Assembly (NCBI RefSeq): GCF_006345805.1
Contig: NC_043002.1
Coordinates: 94,550,001-94,614,000 of the forward strand
Direction: 5' to 3'
Length of the DNA stretch: 64,000 nucleotides
Source: Octopus sinensis
Lineage: Eukaryota
In this document: positions 1 through 14,340 of the stretch, piece after piece
Layout of the letters: each line of letters begins with the position of its first letter
Numbering within the stretch: the stretch's first letter is position 1
Notes under the pieces: model-generated
The model's input: the letters and a program-made list of their open reading frames with translations, nothing else
What the model was told of the DNA's origin: nothing
Database searches by the model: none
Translations under genes and position numbers: made by a program

Positions 1-245
1 TCTCAACACATGGCTATGATCCTCCCCCACTAACTCTGCTCATGATCATAGATGCACATATCCTCAGCCACCAAGGGACATACGCAATTGGTTATGGTCA
101 AACAACTGACAAGCAAATCTGTGGTACTGAGTAGAATATTTGCTGTAGCCCATCTTTTACACCAAGACAAAACATGTTCATTATAATACTTCTAATCAGT
201 TAAGACCAGAAGCCATGAGAGTCATTGCCTGATACTGCACCAGGC

Positions 246-246
<1 letters not shown>
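1..246 (-). mobile_element. Partial copy of ~550-bp (TAA)n-flanked non-coding interspersed repeat
   Basis: Reverse complement matches the first half of the copies at 42626 and 43781; it abuts (TTA)n at 247-301. Strand is given relative to those copies. Confidence 0.85.
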
Positions 247-302
<56 letters not shown>

Positions 303-1030
303 AGACGGCGAGCTAGTAGAATCATTAGCATGCTTGAGTTCAAATTCTGCTGAGGTCAACTTTTCCTTTCATCCTTTCGGGTCCGATAAAGTAAGTATCA
401 GTTGAGTACTGGGGTCGATGTAATCGATTTACCCCCTTCCCCGAAATTGCCGGCCTTGCACCAAAATTTGAAATCATTATTATTGCTTCATTTAAGGCTG
501 CGACCAGGCAGAATCATTAGCACAGCGGACGAAATACTGTTAAGCATTTTCTCTGTCTCTAAATTATTATGCTCTCTCGCATTTTGTACGTCTTTACGTT
601 CTGATTTCAAATTCTGCCGAGGTTGACTTTGTCTTTCATCTTTTTTGGGGTCGATAAAATAAGTACCAGCACTGGGGACGATATAATCGACTAGCACCGT
701 GTCTTAAAAATTCCAGGCCTTGTGGCTAAAGTAAATAAATTATTTGTTCTAGTTCTTTCTTTACGTTTTGAGTCCAAATTCTGCTGCGGTCAGCTTATCT
801 TTCATTACTCCGCAGACGATAAGTACGCAGTCAAGTACTGGGGTCACCAGTCTCACCTGAACCGCTTTCACCTCTAAATCTCTGGCTGGTGTGTCAAAAT
901 TAGAAAAACGTTGAAGTAAACATCTTGCAGTATTCAGTTATTTCAGTTTACGCTCTAGGTTCGAATCCAGCAGGGGACAACACTAATTTGCATCCATGTG
1001 GAACCGATAATATAAGTATCACTGACGAAC
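303..1030 (+). mobile_element. Cluster of about 4 degenerate tRNA-derived SINE copies
   Basis: Repeated modules ggcgagct..gcagaatc(a/g)ttagc, gagttcaaattc(c/t)gc.gaggt, tttcatcc....gggtcgataa..aagtac at about 303, 497, 760 and 930. Confidence 0.7.
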
Positions 1031-1099
1031 CACAACCGGTTCTTTCTACTATATCCTCCCGCTAAAATATATAATCTTGTAGCGTACACTAGAATTTGT

Positions 1100-1101
1100 T
1101 G

Positions 1102-1142
<41 letters not shown>

Positions 1143-1560
1143 TAATGACGAAACGATGCCGGCGACAACAGCGGTGGTAATGATGACGACCACGGTAGCG
1201 GTGATGATAATGGAGGTGATGATGATGATGATGATGATGATGATGACGATGATAACGATGATGGTGGCGGTAAACACAACGTTGCTGCGGCTGCTCCTGC
1301 TGCTTCTCTTGTTGTTTATGATTGTGGTGGCGGTTGTGGTGGCGGTGGTAGTGGCGGTGGTGGTGGTGGTGACCATCATTATAGTCGTCGTCATCGTCGT
1401 AGTGGCGGTAGTGATAGCGGTGATAAAAAAAACAAAAAACAAATCACAAACTTATGAGCAACAACAACAAACGCTTCAACAAAAACATCATCATCATCAA
1501 CAACAACAACTACAAAAACATCAAAAATTCTAATTGCAACAGCAACAACAGTAACGACAA
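1100..1560. repeat. Compound trinucleotide microsatellite (GAT/GGT/CAA)
   Basis: Direct reading; it explains the low-complexity ORFs here. Confidence 0.9.
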
Positions 1561-2404
1561 TATTAAATCATCGTGGCTTTTTCTTTGCAGTAATTATAGT
1601 TTGGTTAACAAAACAAAACAAAAAACAATTAAAAAAAAACAGAAAAAAAGGTAATTTATTTCCTGTTATTTTAGTTTTGCAAATCACGTCAAAATTAATG
1701 CCAGTATAAAAGCCGTAACAAAGTGTTATTAGCAATTAATCTCGAATCTAGCTATAGAAATAATCTTTTGATTGCAATAATTAAAACCTGCCAAATTAGT
1801 GGAGCAAAGTTTGAACACGTAATACAATTTATATAGAAGATGACTTATTGTTTTTTAACCGATGGTACCTTTTTTTCTCCCCTGCTTTTTGAGCTGTTTT
1901 TGTTTTCTTTTTTCTTATTTTCTTTTCGGAAATTTATTGTTGAATGAAATTATAAATACTTTTATATTTCGTAGATAATTTCTTCTTCTTCTTCTTCTTT
2001 TCTTCTTCTTCTTCTTCTTCTTCTTCTTCTTCTTCTTCTTCTTCTTCTTCATCATCCTCATTATCATCATCATCATCATCTTTCTTCTTCTTCTACTACT
2101 ACTACTACTACTTTTCTTTTTGTCAGTTTTCTCATCTTTTTCTCACACGCTGTAATCATTATTCGTATTCTTATTCTTATTCCTATTCTTATTCTTATTA
2201 TATTTTTTCTCCCTTGTATTTCAGTAAGTCATTTCTGAATGTAAATTTACTTACGTTGCATTATTATAGACTAAAATTCGTTTTCCCCATTGATCAGAAA
2301 ACATCTACAAAAGATTAACAGCATGCGAGATATTTGATTTAAGTGACTTTTGCGGTGATGGGTGGGGAACTATTGAGTCAAAACTCTTTTTTTTAATATG
2401 ATAG

Positions 2405-3463
2405 TCGTGGCACACCATCGGTTACGACAACGAGGGTTCCAGTTGGTTCGATCAACGGAACAACCTACTTGAGAAATTAACATGCAAGTGGCTGAGCACT
2501 CCGCAGACACGTGTACCCTTAATGTAGTTCTCGGGGAGATTCAGTGTGACACAGATATACTTTGAAATACAGGTACTACAGAAACAAGAAGAAAGAATGA
2601 GAGAAAGTTGTGGTGAAAGAATACAGCAGGGTTCGCCACCATCCGCTGCCTGAACCTTGTGGAGCTTCAGATGTTTTCGCTCAATAAAACTCATAAGGCC
2701 CAGTCTGGGAATCGAAACTGCGATCCTGTGACCGCGAGTCTGCTGCCCTAACCACAAAAGGAGTATTCCGTCGGTAACGAGACGAGGGTCCCAGCTGATA
2801 CGATCAGCGGAGCAGCTTGTTCGTGAAATTAACAGCGTGACAAGGCTGGTTCTTTGAAATACAGGTGCAACTCATTTTTGTCGGCTGAGTGAACTTGAGC
2901 AACGTGAAATTAAGTGTCTTGCTCAAGAACACAACGCATCGCCGGGAATTGAATTCCCGACTTTACAATCGTGAGTCGAATGCCCTAACTACTAAGCCAC
3001 GCGCCTCCCCAATATGATAGTAAAATTCAAAGTTAAGAGTTTTTTTCAGAGACAATGGAATAGCCGCCAAATATCGAACAGTATTAGGTTTTGAGTTCAA
3101 CCATTGCTAGAATTCTTAAGGTCGATAAAACAAATACTTGCCATAAAAAAAAACTGACACTCCGTCGGTTACGACAACGTGGGTTCCAAATGTCCCGATC
3201 AAGGGAATAGCCTACTCGGGAAATTAATGTGTAAGTGGCTGAGCACTCTATAAACACGCACACCCTTAACGTAGTTCTCAGAGAGTTTCAGCGCAACTCA
3301 GAATGTGGCAAAGCTGGCCTTTTCAATTACAACTACAACTCAGCTGAGTGGACTGGAGCAAAGGTGAAATAAATTGTTTTGCCCAAGGACGTAACACGCC
3401 TTCAGGAATCGAACTCACGACTTTGTGATCGTGAGCAGAATATTCTAACCACTAAGCCACGCG
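2405..3463 (-). mobile_element. Three adjacent tRNA-derived SINE copies
   Basis: Reverse complements of the SINE at 4605-4986 (tail ..cgtcgtaaccgacggagtg, head with B-box-like ttcgattc). Confidence 0.8.
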
Positions 3464-4604
3464 GCAGTGGCGCAAAAAATGAAATCATTGAAGTGGAAGT
3501 TTCAAATAATAGAAAAATAGTTGGATGACCTATAAAAGAAATAGGGGACACGTAAATTATTTGAGCAAAATTTTTGCACATTATTTGAAAATTCTTAGAA
3601 TGCAAACCAAACGGAGATCTGTTTGATTCAAATTACAATTACCTTTATAATTATACGAAAGGAATTTTGAAATTGTTTTGCTTGCAGCCTGAGAGTCGGT
3701 TTGGCAATGATCGTTTACGCCTGTTAATTACAGAACTGGATCAGTGTGAATGAAAGAAAATAATTAATTGTTCAAGACAAAAACAGCTAAAAGAAAATGA
3801 AAGAATCCTGAATGTTTTGGAAGTACAGAAAATAAAAATCATGTGATTTTGTCTCCCTCAAAAGGCATTAACAACGTAATTGAAGTGAAATGGCTTCACT
3901 CGCGAACTCAACTGCCTGCGTGAATAACAACCAAGGTTTTTTGCTTCAGCGCTTTCTCACAAACTTATGAATAATTTTTCGTTGAGGCTTTCTTAAGAAT
4001 GTTTATCAGCTCTGCTGGAACAGATTCATGAAATAATACACCACACACACACACCACACACTCACACACACACACACAACACACACACACACACAGTCAC
4101 ACACACACACACACACTCACACACATACTCACACTTACGTATCTTTTACCTTTTAACTCGCTTTGTCGTCAGACTGCGGCCATGTTGGGGCAAAGCCTTG
4201 AAAAATTTTAGTTGATCGAATCGACACCAATGCTTATTTCTTAAAGCCTAGTACTCATTCTATCGTTCTCTTTTGCCGAACCGCTACGAAACGGGGACGT
4301 AAACACACTATCAGCTCAGCACCAACTACTACTGCTACGATATCAGCCACCTTCACCACCAGTACCAATGTAGACAGTTATCTTCATCACGGTTGCCAAC
4401 CTACAGCTAGCCATCCATCACTGCCCCCATTATGACCTCTACGGTTACTGGCAATAACATTTCTGGAGACTGCTGCTACTTTCATATTCACCAGATAAAG
4501 CAAGGGTCACTACCCGTACGACCATCAATATCGGTTCTATGCAAAATTACATTTCTACACCATCCGCTTCTGATGGACTTTTGTACATGAAATATATAAC
4601 GGTT

Positions 4605-4986
4605 GAGGCGCAATGGCCCAGTGGTTAGGGCAGCGGACTCGCGGTCATAGGATCGCGGTTTCGATTCCCAGACCGGGCGTTGTGAGTGTTTTTTGAGCGA
4701 AAACACCTAAAGCTCCACGAGGCTCCGGCAGGGGATGGTGGTGATCCCTGCTGTACTCTTTCATCACAACTTTCTCTCACTCTTACTTCCTGTTTCTGTT
4801 GTACCTGTATTTCAAAGGACCGGCCTTGTCACTCTCTGTGTCACGCTGAATATCCCCGAGAACTACATTAAGGGTACACGTGTCTGTGGAGTGCTCAGCC
4901 ACTTACACGTTAATTTCACGAGCAGGCTGTTCCGTTGATTCGGATCAACCGGAACCCTCGTCGTCGTAACCGACGGAGTGCTTCCA
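4605..4986 (+). mobile_element. Full-length tRNA-derived SINE
   Basis: A-box TGGCCCAGTGG and B-box GGTTTCGATTCCC head, a conserved body shared with several copies in the window, and tail cgtcgtaaccgacggagtg. Confidence 0.85.
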
Positions 4987-5159
4987 TATAACGGTTACTT
5001 ACCTTACACTTTTTGCATTGCTAAAAGTCCTTTGTCTTCTTTATTTGCTATACTTTTCATATACATGCGTGTGATTGTGTGTGTGTGTGTATGTGTGTGT
5101 GTGTGTGTTTGTGTGTGTGTGTTTGTGTGTGTGTGTGTGGTGTGTGTATGTGTGCATGC

Positions 5160-5200
<41 letters not shown>

Positions 5201-5209
5201 GTGAAAACA

Positions 5210-5470
5210 CTTAAATATCATAACTATCATAAAGACGAGCCTAAAGACACACAGGTCGCTTTAAAAGAATATATTGCTATCTCTAGCCAACGGTTGTCCT
5301 GTAATGAGGAAGGGAAATTACCCAGAAATATTTGGTCTACAGGTATCGCTACGGCTAGAAAGTACACTTGTAGGGTAAAGGCTGGAGCATGCCCGCGGAT
5401 GTATGTAGGCCAATCAGTCAGATGACCCTTTTTTTGATGCAGTATAGGATGCATATGTGAGCAGCAATAC
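5210..5470 (+). pseudogene. Possible GIY-YIG endonuclease remnant (PLE-like)
   Basis: ORF 5075-5425 ends in ..C..CPRMYVGQSVR, resembling the second GIY-YIG motif (YVG[QE]T.R); there is little other support. Confidence 0.3.
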
Positions 5471-6879
5471 CGTCCCGGTGTGAAAAAAAATATACTTTTG
5501 TAGGATACACTGTTTCTATTTCTGCTTTTGTTTTTACTGTTAGTGTCCACGAACGTAACTTGCTTGTGCAATGGCATGATCAATCGTAAGATATCAATGT
5601 ATAATTGATGAAGAAAAAATTCATCGGGCCACATTCGTGGAAGAAAATACAAATGCGAAACCATTTTTTTTTTCCATATATTTCCACACTTGATGGAACT
5701 CTATCATTATGAAAGACTATTTCGAGTTCTTTTAAGAACTGGTATTTTTGTTGGATAACTATATTTTGTGAAGCGGTCTTAATCTGTTATTATCAACATG
5801 TACACTATAATTAAGAATTTTGTTTTATAGATATTGCTGAACATTTCTAAATACTTTTGTTATCTTTCTGATCTATGTGTAAGTAAAACCTGTGAAATAA
5901 ATACAAAATAAAACAGAACGAACACAAATTTAAACGGATTATATATTTTTTCGTTATTCCGCTACGATTTAGATATGTAATGCTTAAAATTGTCATAAAA
6001 CCGAAGAGACTCTTGAACACATATTATTCATAAACTACTAATGAAAATCGAAGACAATCTATTACAGCCATATTAATTAATAAGGCAACAGTTGGCAGGG
6101 AAATATTTTAAATTAAGTGTGTGTGTGTGCGCGCGCTCGTACGTGTGTGTGTATGCATTAATAATTATATTTTGAAGAACCACTTTTCGGTGAGGTAACT
6201 ATTGTATTTCGTGCGCTTAGACTCTTGCTTCAAGTCCAACAATGCGCACGACTCTTTTATATGAAAGTAAAGATGTAATATAAACTTTTAAGTTTTGTTA
6301 AAGCCTTGTCAAGCAGACGTACAGTAGTAGAATTGTAGTGAAGCTAGATAATGTCTTCGATGTTGTTCCGTATTTAAGATTATTCAAAGTGATTTTTTAT
6401 ATTCATTATTCTTCTCACACATTTCAGATAATTTTTTCACATTGTCACAGCAGAAAGGCAAAGAGAACTATTATTTTCTCATGGACAAATATTCTTTTAG
6501 ATCTCTCTGGAGTATGTTAACTTCTTGACACATAAATAGAATAATAATACATTACAACACTCTAGATAGCACAGGTCACACGCATTTAACAAAGAATAGA
6601 GTTTTCAAAGATATTCTCTCTTATAAGACTAAACTGTCAGTACTTTAAGAAATAATTCATTTTAAAAAGTTTTGCATCTTATAGCCCTCTATGAACTTCC
6701 AACAGTCTTGTAGTTTTGAAAAATTGTGGAATTTCCCTGATACTACTAGTTCATTTTTTAGCTTTATATTAGAATTTGTGAATAATATTAGGTTGTTTCC
6801 CATGAAATTACGTATTTGAGAAGTAACAAGAAAATGTTTCAGAAGTGTTAGCGAACTGATTTCTTTAATCAAAGTATGA

Positions 6880-7856
6880 TCCAAATTCATTTATGACGTT
6901 TACCCAACGTTTCTCTGTTATATATTCCATCTTTTTTTAAAAATTCATCTTTTGCTATGATAAATTGTCCGAATGCTTCAATTACCTCTTCTCTATTAAA
7001 AAATGTTTTATTGCTTATGAAAAGCTCCAAATTCTTATATAAGTGATGATCAGTAGGAGAGATATCAGGGGAATAGGGAGAATGTTGCAAAATCTCATAA
7101 TTCAGGATTTGTAACTTTTGGACCGTAGCTTGGGGAGTCTGAGGACGTGTATTGTCATGGAGCAAAATTGGGCCATCTCTATTCACCAGTCTGGGCTGCT
7201 TCTTTTTCAAATTCTCATGCATACAATCAATTTCCTGGCAATACGATGTTGCTGTTATCGTGTTTCCTTGTTGCAAAAATGAATAATGAATAACTCGCTT
7301 TGCAGACCACCGTACAGTGATCACTAACTGTTTAGGATGCAATGGTGAGTTTGGGTAGTGTTTAGGTGACTCTCCTGTATCTAATCACTGTCCTGTTCTG
7401 CTGTGATCAAAGAGTATCCAGTCTACTCACAAGTAATGATTTGATGCAAAAATGGTCTTTTCCAGTCAAGAAAGCACTATCTGTTTTCTTGCCTTTTTCC
7501 AGTTTTTACAGGTATCCAAAAACAGTTGTGTGAGATGTTTGGAGTTCTGGTGGAGGTTTTCGAACCTTTGTTCTCGGATTTTGTTCAACCAAAACATTTA
7601 ATCCATCATGCCGAATAACCGATTTTGGCCTACCCCTTGGTTTATTTTCAAGGCTATCATCTCCTGAACGAGAGCTTTGGAACCATCTCTAAACAGTTCT
7701 GATGTCAACAAAATTATTACCAAAGGTCCGCTTGATATTCCGTAGAGCGTCTGCGGTAGAGTAACCCAGTATCTACTCATACGAGAAAATCACTCAACAT
7801 AGTTTGGTTGTTATCATTTTCATAAGGTCTGTGGGTACGAATTTTGTATACCAATA
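6880..7856 (-). mobile_element. Degenerate mariner (Tc1/mariner) transposon
   Basis: ORF 6887-7342 has ILLHDNTRP and HSPYSPDISPTDHHL. Upstream frames give FLHQIITC and an HTH region (RWFQ..RSGD.SLENKPRGRP). A TIR-like end lies at ~7821-7856. Confidence 0.9.
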
Positions 7857-7999
7857 TTGTTGGAAAAGAAAAAGAGTCAAGATTAGATGCAAGGTATACA
7901 TAATTGAGTTTTTAAATGACTGAAATAACAGGTAATTAAAAATGCGACATTTCATGTGAAAGAGCCTAATAGCATCGTTCGTTACACATACTATACTCA

Positions 8000-8050
8000 C
8001 TGATACATTGTGTTTCTGGCAGTGAAAATCACAGGGTGCGTTCGTCAGTA
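8000..8050 (-). ncRNA. Decayed type I hammerhead-like motif
   Basis: Minus strand reads CTGACGA-acgcaccctgtgattttcactgcca-GAAA-CACAATG-TA; stems I and II pair poorly. Confidence 0.3.
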
Positions 8051-8111
8051 ACTCACTGTAATAGAATTCGTTCTCAACTTCTTTCAGAGAACACATAGTT
8101 TTCGCGATATA

Positions 8112-9311
8112 ACAGGCTGGGTAAAAAGTAAGCAACAGTTTGAAAAATGAAATTCATCATTATATATTTCAACAATGCGGAAATTTTATTCATCAAAGTC
8201 AGTACCATTACACGAGTTATAAGTTCATTTATTCCGGTAACATAAAAACCTGGAGTTCTAGAACTGATGAACTCTTTGAATGTACTTCTAGCATCGATTT
8301 GAATTTTGAACACCTTCACTCGCAGTAAACCATTAGGGCGCTTGAAAAAATGGTAGTCGGTAAGAGAACAGTCTGAGGAATAAGGTGGGTGGAGAAGAAA
8401 TTCGTAGTCAAGTTCCCTCGACTTCTGGAGCGTCATTAGTGAAACATGTGGTCGAGCATTGCCATGAAGAATGGTTGGCCCTCTTCTGTTGACCGGTCTG
8501 GAACGGGGGAGTAGCAGTTTTTCGTTCATTTCGGCAATTTCATGGCAATATGTTTCTGCAATAATGGTTTTTCCGTGTTTTAAGAAGTTATAGAGGATGA
8601 GTCCAGCAGTATAACACCAAACACAACAGTCACCATAACCTTCTTTTTGAGGAGCTCGGATTAGGGAAGGTTTTCAGTACTTCATTTTCACTGCAAAGAA
8701 CGTTTTTTATTATTGTACAAAATCCACTTTTCATCACAAGTTACAAAACGGTCGCAAAATGAATCGGTCTGGTTACGGAGAAGCGATGAGCAAAATTCAT
8801 ATCTACGCATTTTCTGATTTTCATTCAAATCATGTAGTATCCATTTGTTGAGCATTTTTGATTTTCCGATCTCATGCAAATGGTTGCAGGCAGCTTTCTG
8901 GCTAACTTCAAGTTCTTTTGCGAGTGGTTTTACAGTTTTTACGTCCACTATACTCACGATCTTCAAAGCTCAGGTCTCCATTGCGAAATCGCTTAAACCA
9001 TCTTCGAGCTGACCACTCACTGGTCATTTCCTCACCAAACGTTTTGTTGTTATCGCGAGTAGTTTCAGCTGTTTTACGTTCTTTTTTGAAGTTGAATAAC
9101 AAAATTTCTCGAATATCGCGCTTTGCCAGTTCCATTTCAGATGACTGTAACAACGGTGAACAAAAAAATCAATATTAATTTATTGATGCAAGGTTATGTC
9201 TGCATTATCAGACAATTGCACAAAACGGTTTAAAAAATTATTTTAACTCTGCAAAAATCCGGTACAAATTCTTCATGGTTCAAAACGTTGCTTACTTTTT
9301 ACTCAACCTGA
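8112..9311 (-). mobile_element. Full-length but frameshifted mariner transposon (~1.2 kb)
   Basis: Transposase split over ORFs 8908-9153 (HTH), 8688-8966 (VTCDEKWILY) and 8074-8529 (HGNARPH, HPPYSSDCSLTDYHFF). ~33-bp TIRs (caggYtgRgtaaaaagtaagcaac) with TA on both flanks. Confidence 0.93.
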
Positions 9312-9334
9312 TACAACGTCCAATGATACAGAAA

Positions 9335-10010
<676 letters not shown>

Positions 10011-10205
10011 ACACAAATTGAGATAGGGGTTGTAAATGCAACCCTCCATGGGATAACATATATCCAATATACTGCTAGTGAAGTACCCAACAAAGTTAAT
10101 ACATAAATGTTAATGATTGCGATGCAATCAATTCATTTACTGTATTATATGGGCAAAGGTAAAATGATTTACCACAAATTACTAATACAAGATAAGAAAA
10201 TGGAG

Positions 10206-10239
<34 letters not shown>

Positions 10240-10459
10240 GTTATTGGGATAAATTTACATTTTGGACATTTTAAGAATTAATATAAATATTATCTTCATA
10301 ATATAAATCGAGCTTCACAATTTTAGAGATTCTTTGTAGAGTTAAATTTTAATAAGTATTCTCTTTTTGAGAGCGTTTTTTCGAAGATAGTTCAATCGGA
10401 AAGAGTTCACTTGCAAACACACATAAACACTTACACACACACACACGCACACACACACA

Positions 10460-10503
<44 letters not shown>

Positions 10504-10922
10504 CACACACACACACACATACACACACGGAGAGGCCCACTGAGAGGTGGGGGTCAGCTGTGGCGGTGCCCTGAAGCCCATGGATTTAAGCGGCCCACAA
10601 GACAGATGAAGAAAAGGGTAAGAGGGTGTAACCCTAAATAAATTTAAAAGAAACGAAGAAAGTAAATGAAAGAAGTTTTTCAACGAATTCCCTTGGGAGA
10701 TAAAAGAAAAACGAAAGAAATCAAAGAAAAGAAAAATAAGAAAACCGTGAACTATGACAACAGTTACAAGAACAACTTCAACAGAAATGACAAGAAAAAG
10801 AAGCAATTATGATGAAAAGTATGGGTGTATACTTAGAAACATACATGCATACATACAAAGATACACACAAATGCATGCACACATACATACAAACAAACAT
10901 ACATGGATACATACATACATGC

Positions 10923-10981
<59 letters not shown>

Positions 10982-11019
10982 CATACATACTCAAACATAT
11001 ATGCACACACAAGCCGGCG

Positions 11020-12530
11020 TTGGTACTTGATGAGCTTGAGAAGCTCGTCTTCGAATGCCAGACATAATGGTGCAGCTAATATGGCAGGTAAACATCTTTT
11101 TTGTCTAGCAGGAATTAAAAAAAGGTTCAGCCTCTGGCCCTCTTTGTGCACTGCAGCGCTCATATTTCTCAGCTTATTATAACTAAGTCCTTTCAACAAG
11201 CTTCATTCACCAAAAATGCTCTCGATTACGTGAATGAATTGGGGAAACTATATAGTACATCAGGGAAATTTAAGCATGCGTATTTATCACAACATGATGA
11301 AGAAAATGAAGTATCGTCACCATACTCCTTAAAACCTGTGTGCCCCACTCGATGGCTAACACGACTTTCTCTAGTCAAAGCCCTTCATGTAAATTATTCA
11401 GATGTCCCCATTTTTTTACAAGGGGTAATAAATGAGCTTGGTATCGACGTTGCATCCAGAGCTAATGGTATTCTTACGTGTCTCTATACAGGCCAATGTG
11501 TTCAAGGATTGAATAAATCTTTTCAAAGTACAATCGTCTATCTAGGTAGCATGTTGCATAGTGTCAAACTGGTGTAGGAAGAGCTAAAATAAGCTATGCA
11601 GTGAAGAATCATTTCAGGAGCTGTTCAATACAGCAGAAAAAAGGATTTATCAACTTGATATTTCTCCTTTGGAGTTGCCCAGGCAACGAAAAGTTCCTAG
11701 AAGATGCTAGGAAGGAAATGCATTAAAATATTTACACTGAAGTTTTGGATCATTACAGAGTTCCGTATTTTCAAATAGTGGATACTGCAATAGCAAATTT
11801 GAAAGCTTTTTTTTTTTACAGGATTTAGCAGATTACGAAAAACTGAGCAATATTTTACTTAATGGAAATTTTGTGCTGAAGTGATCATGCAGTAACCAGA
11901 ACTTGATGAGTTTTCTTTAAGGGACGAAATACTTTTTATAGAAATCATCATAGTGAATCATCTCTTGGGGATCATGGTAAAATATTCAGTGAAATGCGAC
12001 CAGAAGTCCGTCGCATGTTTCGAAATGTTGAGCGATTGCTCAGGCTACTTTTAGTGTTTCCAACCAGTTCTTGTGAAGCTGAAAGATCTTTTAGTGCACG
12101 GCGGAGACTCAAAACTTGGCAGCGATCGACCATGACTCAGCAAAGATTGAATTATATTCTAATATGCTACATTCACAGAGATGTTTTGAAAAAAATTTGC
12201 TGTGAAGAATTTGCTAAATTATTTATTGACATCAATGATACAAGATATAATACATTTGGGAAGTTCTAAAAGGCAATAAATTTACTTTTTATATTTTTAG
12301 TCAAGCGTCTATGTTTTATTTTTTTTTATTCGATTTAATAAATACATTCTTTTTAAGTTTATTTTTTTATATCTGAACTTCATTTGAATATATAAAATAT
12401 AATTAGCATAAAATTATACTTATGTAAGACGGTCTGGGAAAGGCACCATAAGCAGTACTAACATGCTCCTTTAAGAATCAACAAATGTTGGTTTGTCCCC
12501 CTCAAATTTTTAAGGCAAACGAGGTCCCTG
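11020..12530 (+). mobile_element. 5'-truncated, decayed hAT transposon (ZMYM1-like transposase type)
   Basis: LKPVCPTRW (11146-11577); hAT C-terminal dimerisation motif PTSSCEAERSFS.RRRLKTWQRSTMTQQRLN (11994-12269); 3' end ..ggtccctg resembles a hAT CAGGG TIR. Confidence 0.88.
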
Positions 12531-12537
12531 CAGAGTT

Positions 12538-12705
12538 GCACATATCGTCAGCCACTAAGGGACATACATACTCGGCTGGTTAGGGGAAAACAACTGACAA
12601 GTAAGTCTGGTATTGAGGAAAATATTTACTGTAGCCCATATTTTATACCAAGACAAAACGTGTACATGATAACACTTCCACTCAGTTAAGATCATAAACC
12701 AGTGC
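12538..12705 (-). mobile_element. Partial copy of (TAA)n-flanked ~550-bp repeat
   Basis: Matches 1-246 and the reverse complement of the 42626 copy; abuts the (TTA)n-rich tract 12706-12900. Confidence 0.8.
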
Positions 12706-12825
12706 TTATTATTATTATTTTTATTATTAGTAGTAGTAGTATTATTATTATTGTTGTTGTTATCATCATCATTATTATTATTATTATTGTTGTTGTTGTT
12801 GTTATCATCATCATTATTATTAATA

Positions 12826-12899
<74 letters not shown>

Positions 12900-12900
<1 letters not shown>

Positions 12901-13390
12901 CTTCGTAACACAGTGTAGGTAAAAAAGGCACCGGAGTCTTTAGTCATCTGTCAAGTCACAACAAGGACCTCAGACAGGTAATACTTCCCTTAAGATGTGC
13001 GCTGTGCCCAATAAGGCTACGTTTTGTAAGACATCAATTTTGCATGGGATTTCCAGTTGCCTTAAGAAGTGCTTAAGTTTCAATGGAATTGAGCCCAACA
13101 CTCCGATCATCACTGGTTTCACTTTTATATTACCTTCTCGCATTCCATAGAGTCTTGCCATTTCCACTTCAAATTCGTGATTTTTTTCCAATTGGTGATT
13201 CTTTCAACCTCTTTGCTCACAAGATTCATGTCATTTGGTATGGCTACATCAATGATCTGACAGTATTTGTCTCTCTTATTCAATATGACAGTATCCGGCC
13301 GCCGGTGTTTGATTATACCAGAAGTTCTCAAACTATTTGGGCCATTGCCCCACTCATGGCCACATAATACCCTCAGCGCCCCCACCATTA
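12900..13390 (-). mobile_element. 3' fragment of an RLE (R4/Dong-type) non-LTR retrotransposon
   Basis: RRPD-x14-DVAIP (13125-13388), then PVMIGVLG..LLGTAHILREVL* (12970-13191), a short 3' UTR and (AAT)n. Confidence 0.85.
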
Positions 13391-13644
13391 TTTAATGTAT
13401 AAATAAATATTTCATATTTGAGTAATATATTTATACCATGAATCATTTGATATTTAATATAATATATAATCTGTATACAATACTATAATAATATTATAAT
13501 AAATTCATAGCTTCCCCCATTTCCCTACCTTCCTCCCAACACCTCTATTTTATCTACCGCCCCCGCTTCACCTCTCCCTTAGGCACCAGCGCCCACCTGA
13601 ACCGTCTCAACACCCACTGGGAGGAGGGGGTAACGCCCACTTTA

Positions 13645-14012
13645 AGAACCTATGGATTACACAATCCGTCTGAAAATCATAAATCCAGAGTATCGTTACT
13701 TTTCCATCTTCCTGCATAACTTTACTCGGTACATGCTCATACCAGTTCTCTGTTACTTCATATTGTATTTAGTAGTCTTATTTCTTTATCACGTACTTTC
13801 ACTACACTACCGAGCGCAGCTCTGTGCTCTGGGTATGTGCTGTGTTTTGTTTCGGTATTGGTATTTTTATTGTATTGAAAATGTTTTACGTAGGATGCGT
13901 GCGGTGCCTAGAAGTGCTATTTTCTGTATGTTATATACATTCGTAAGTCCTGTTGTTTTGGTTATATATTTGTCTCTATTCTTTTTAATCGTACCTAGTG
14001 CACCTATTATTT
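13645..14012 (-). mobile_element. Two further RLE non-LTR retrotransposon fragments
   Basis: Minus-strand translations IIGALGTIKKNRDKYITKTTGLTNVYNIQKIALLGTARILRKTFSIQ* (~14012-13860) and ENWYEHVPSKVMQEDGKVTILW..FQTD (~13775-13645). Confidence 0.8.
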
Positions 14013-14309
14013 AGGGACTGTTTCTGTTTTTAGGCTACACATTCGAATTATCTGTTTCCAGATCTTTGTATTTTGAGAGTATCTCCTTTATTATCATTAT
14101 CATTGTCCTCATCTTTTAATTTTGTTTCCATTTCCCGACACTTAGGGCAAAGAAACTCACTGTATACATTGGTCGCTCATTAAAATAAAGGCACCAAATT
14201 GTTCATTTACAAAGTTATGTGATAGAAAAATAAGAAAGAGACAAAGGAAAAAGAAAGAAAAGAAAAAATGAAAAAGTTTATTATTATTATGATTACTACT
14301 ACTGCTACA

Positions 14310-14340
<31 letters not shown>

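Noticed and set aside
4605-4680. tRNA genes here and at 23699, 33333 and 37586
   Set aside because: A/B boxes continue into SINE bodies shared by multiple copies; no complete cloverleaf is evident.
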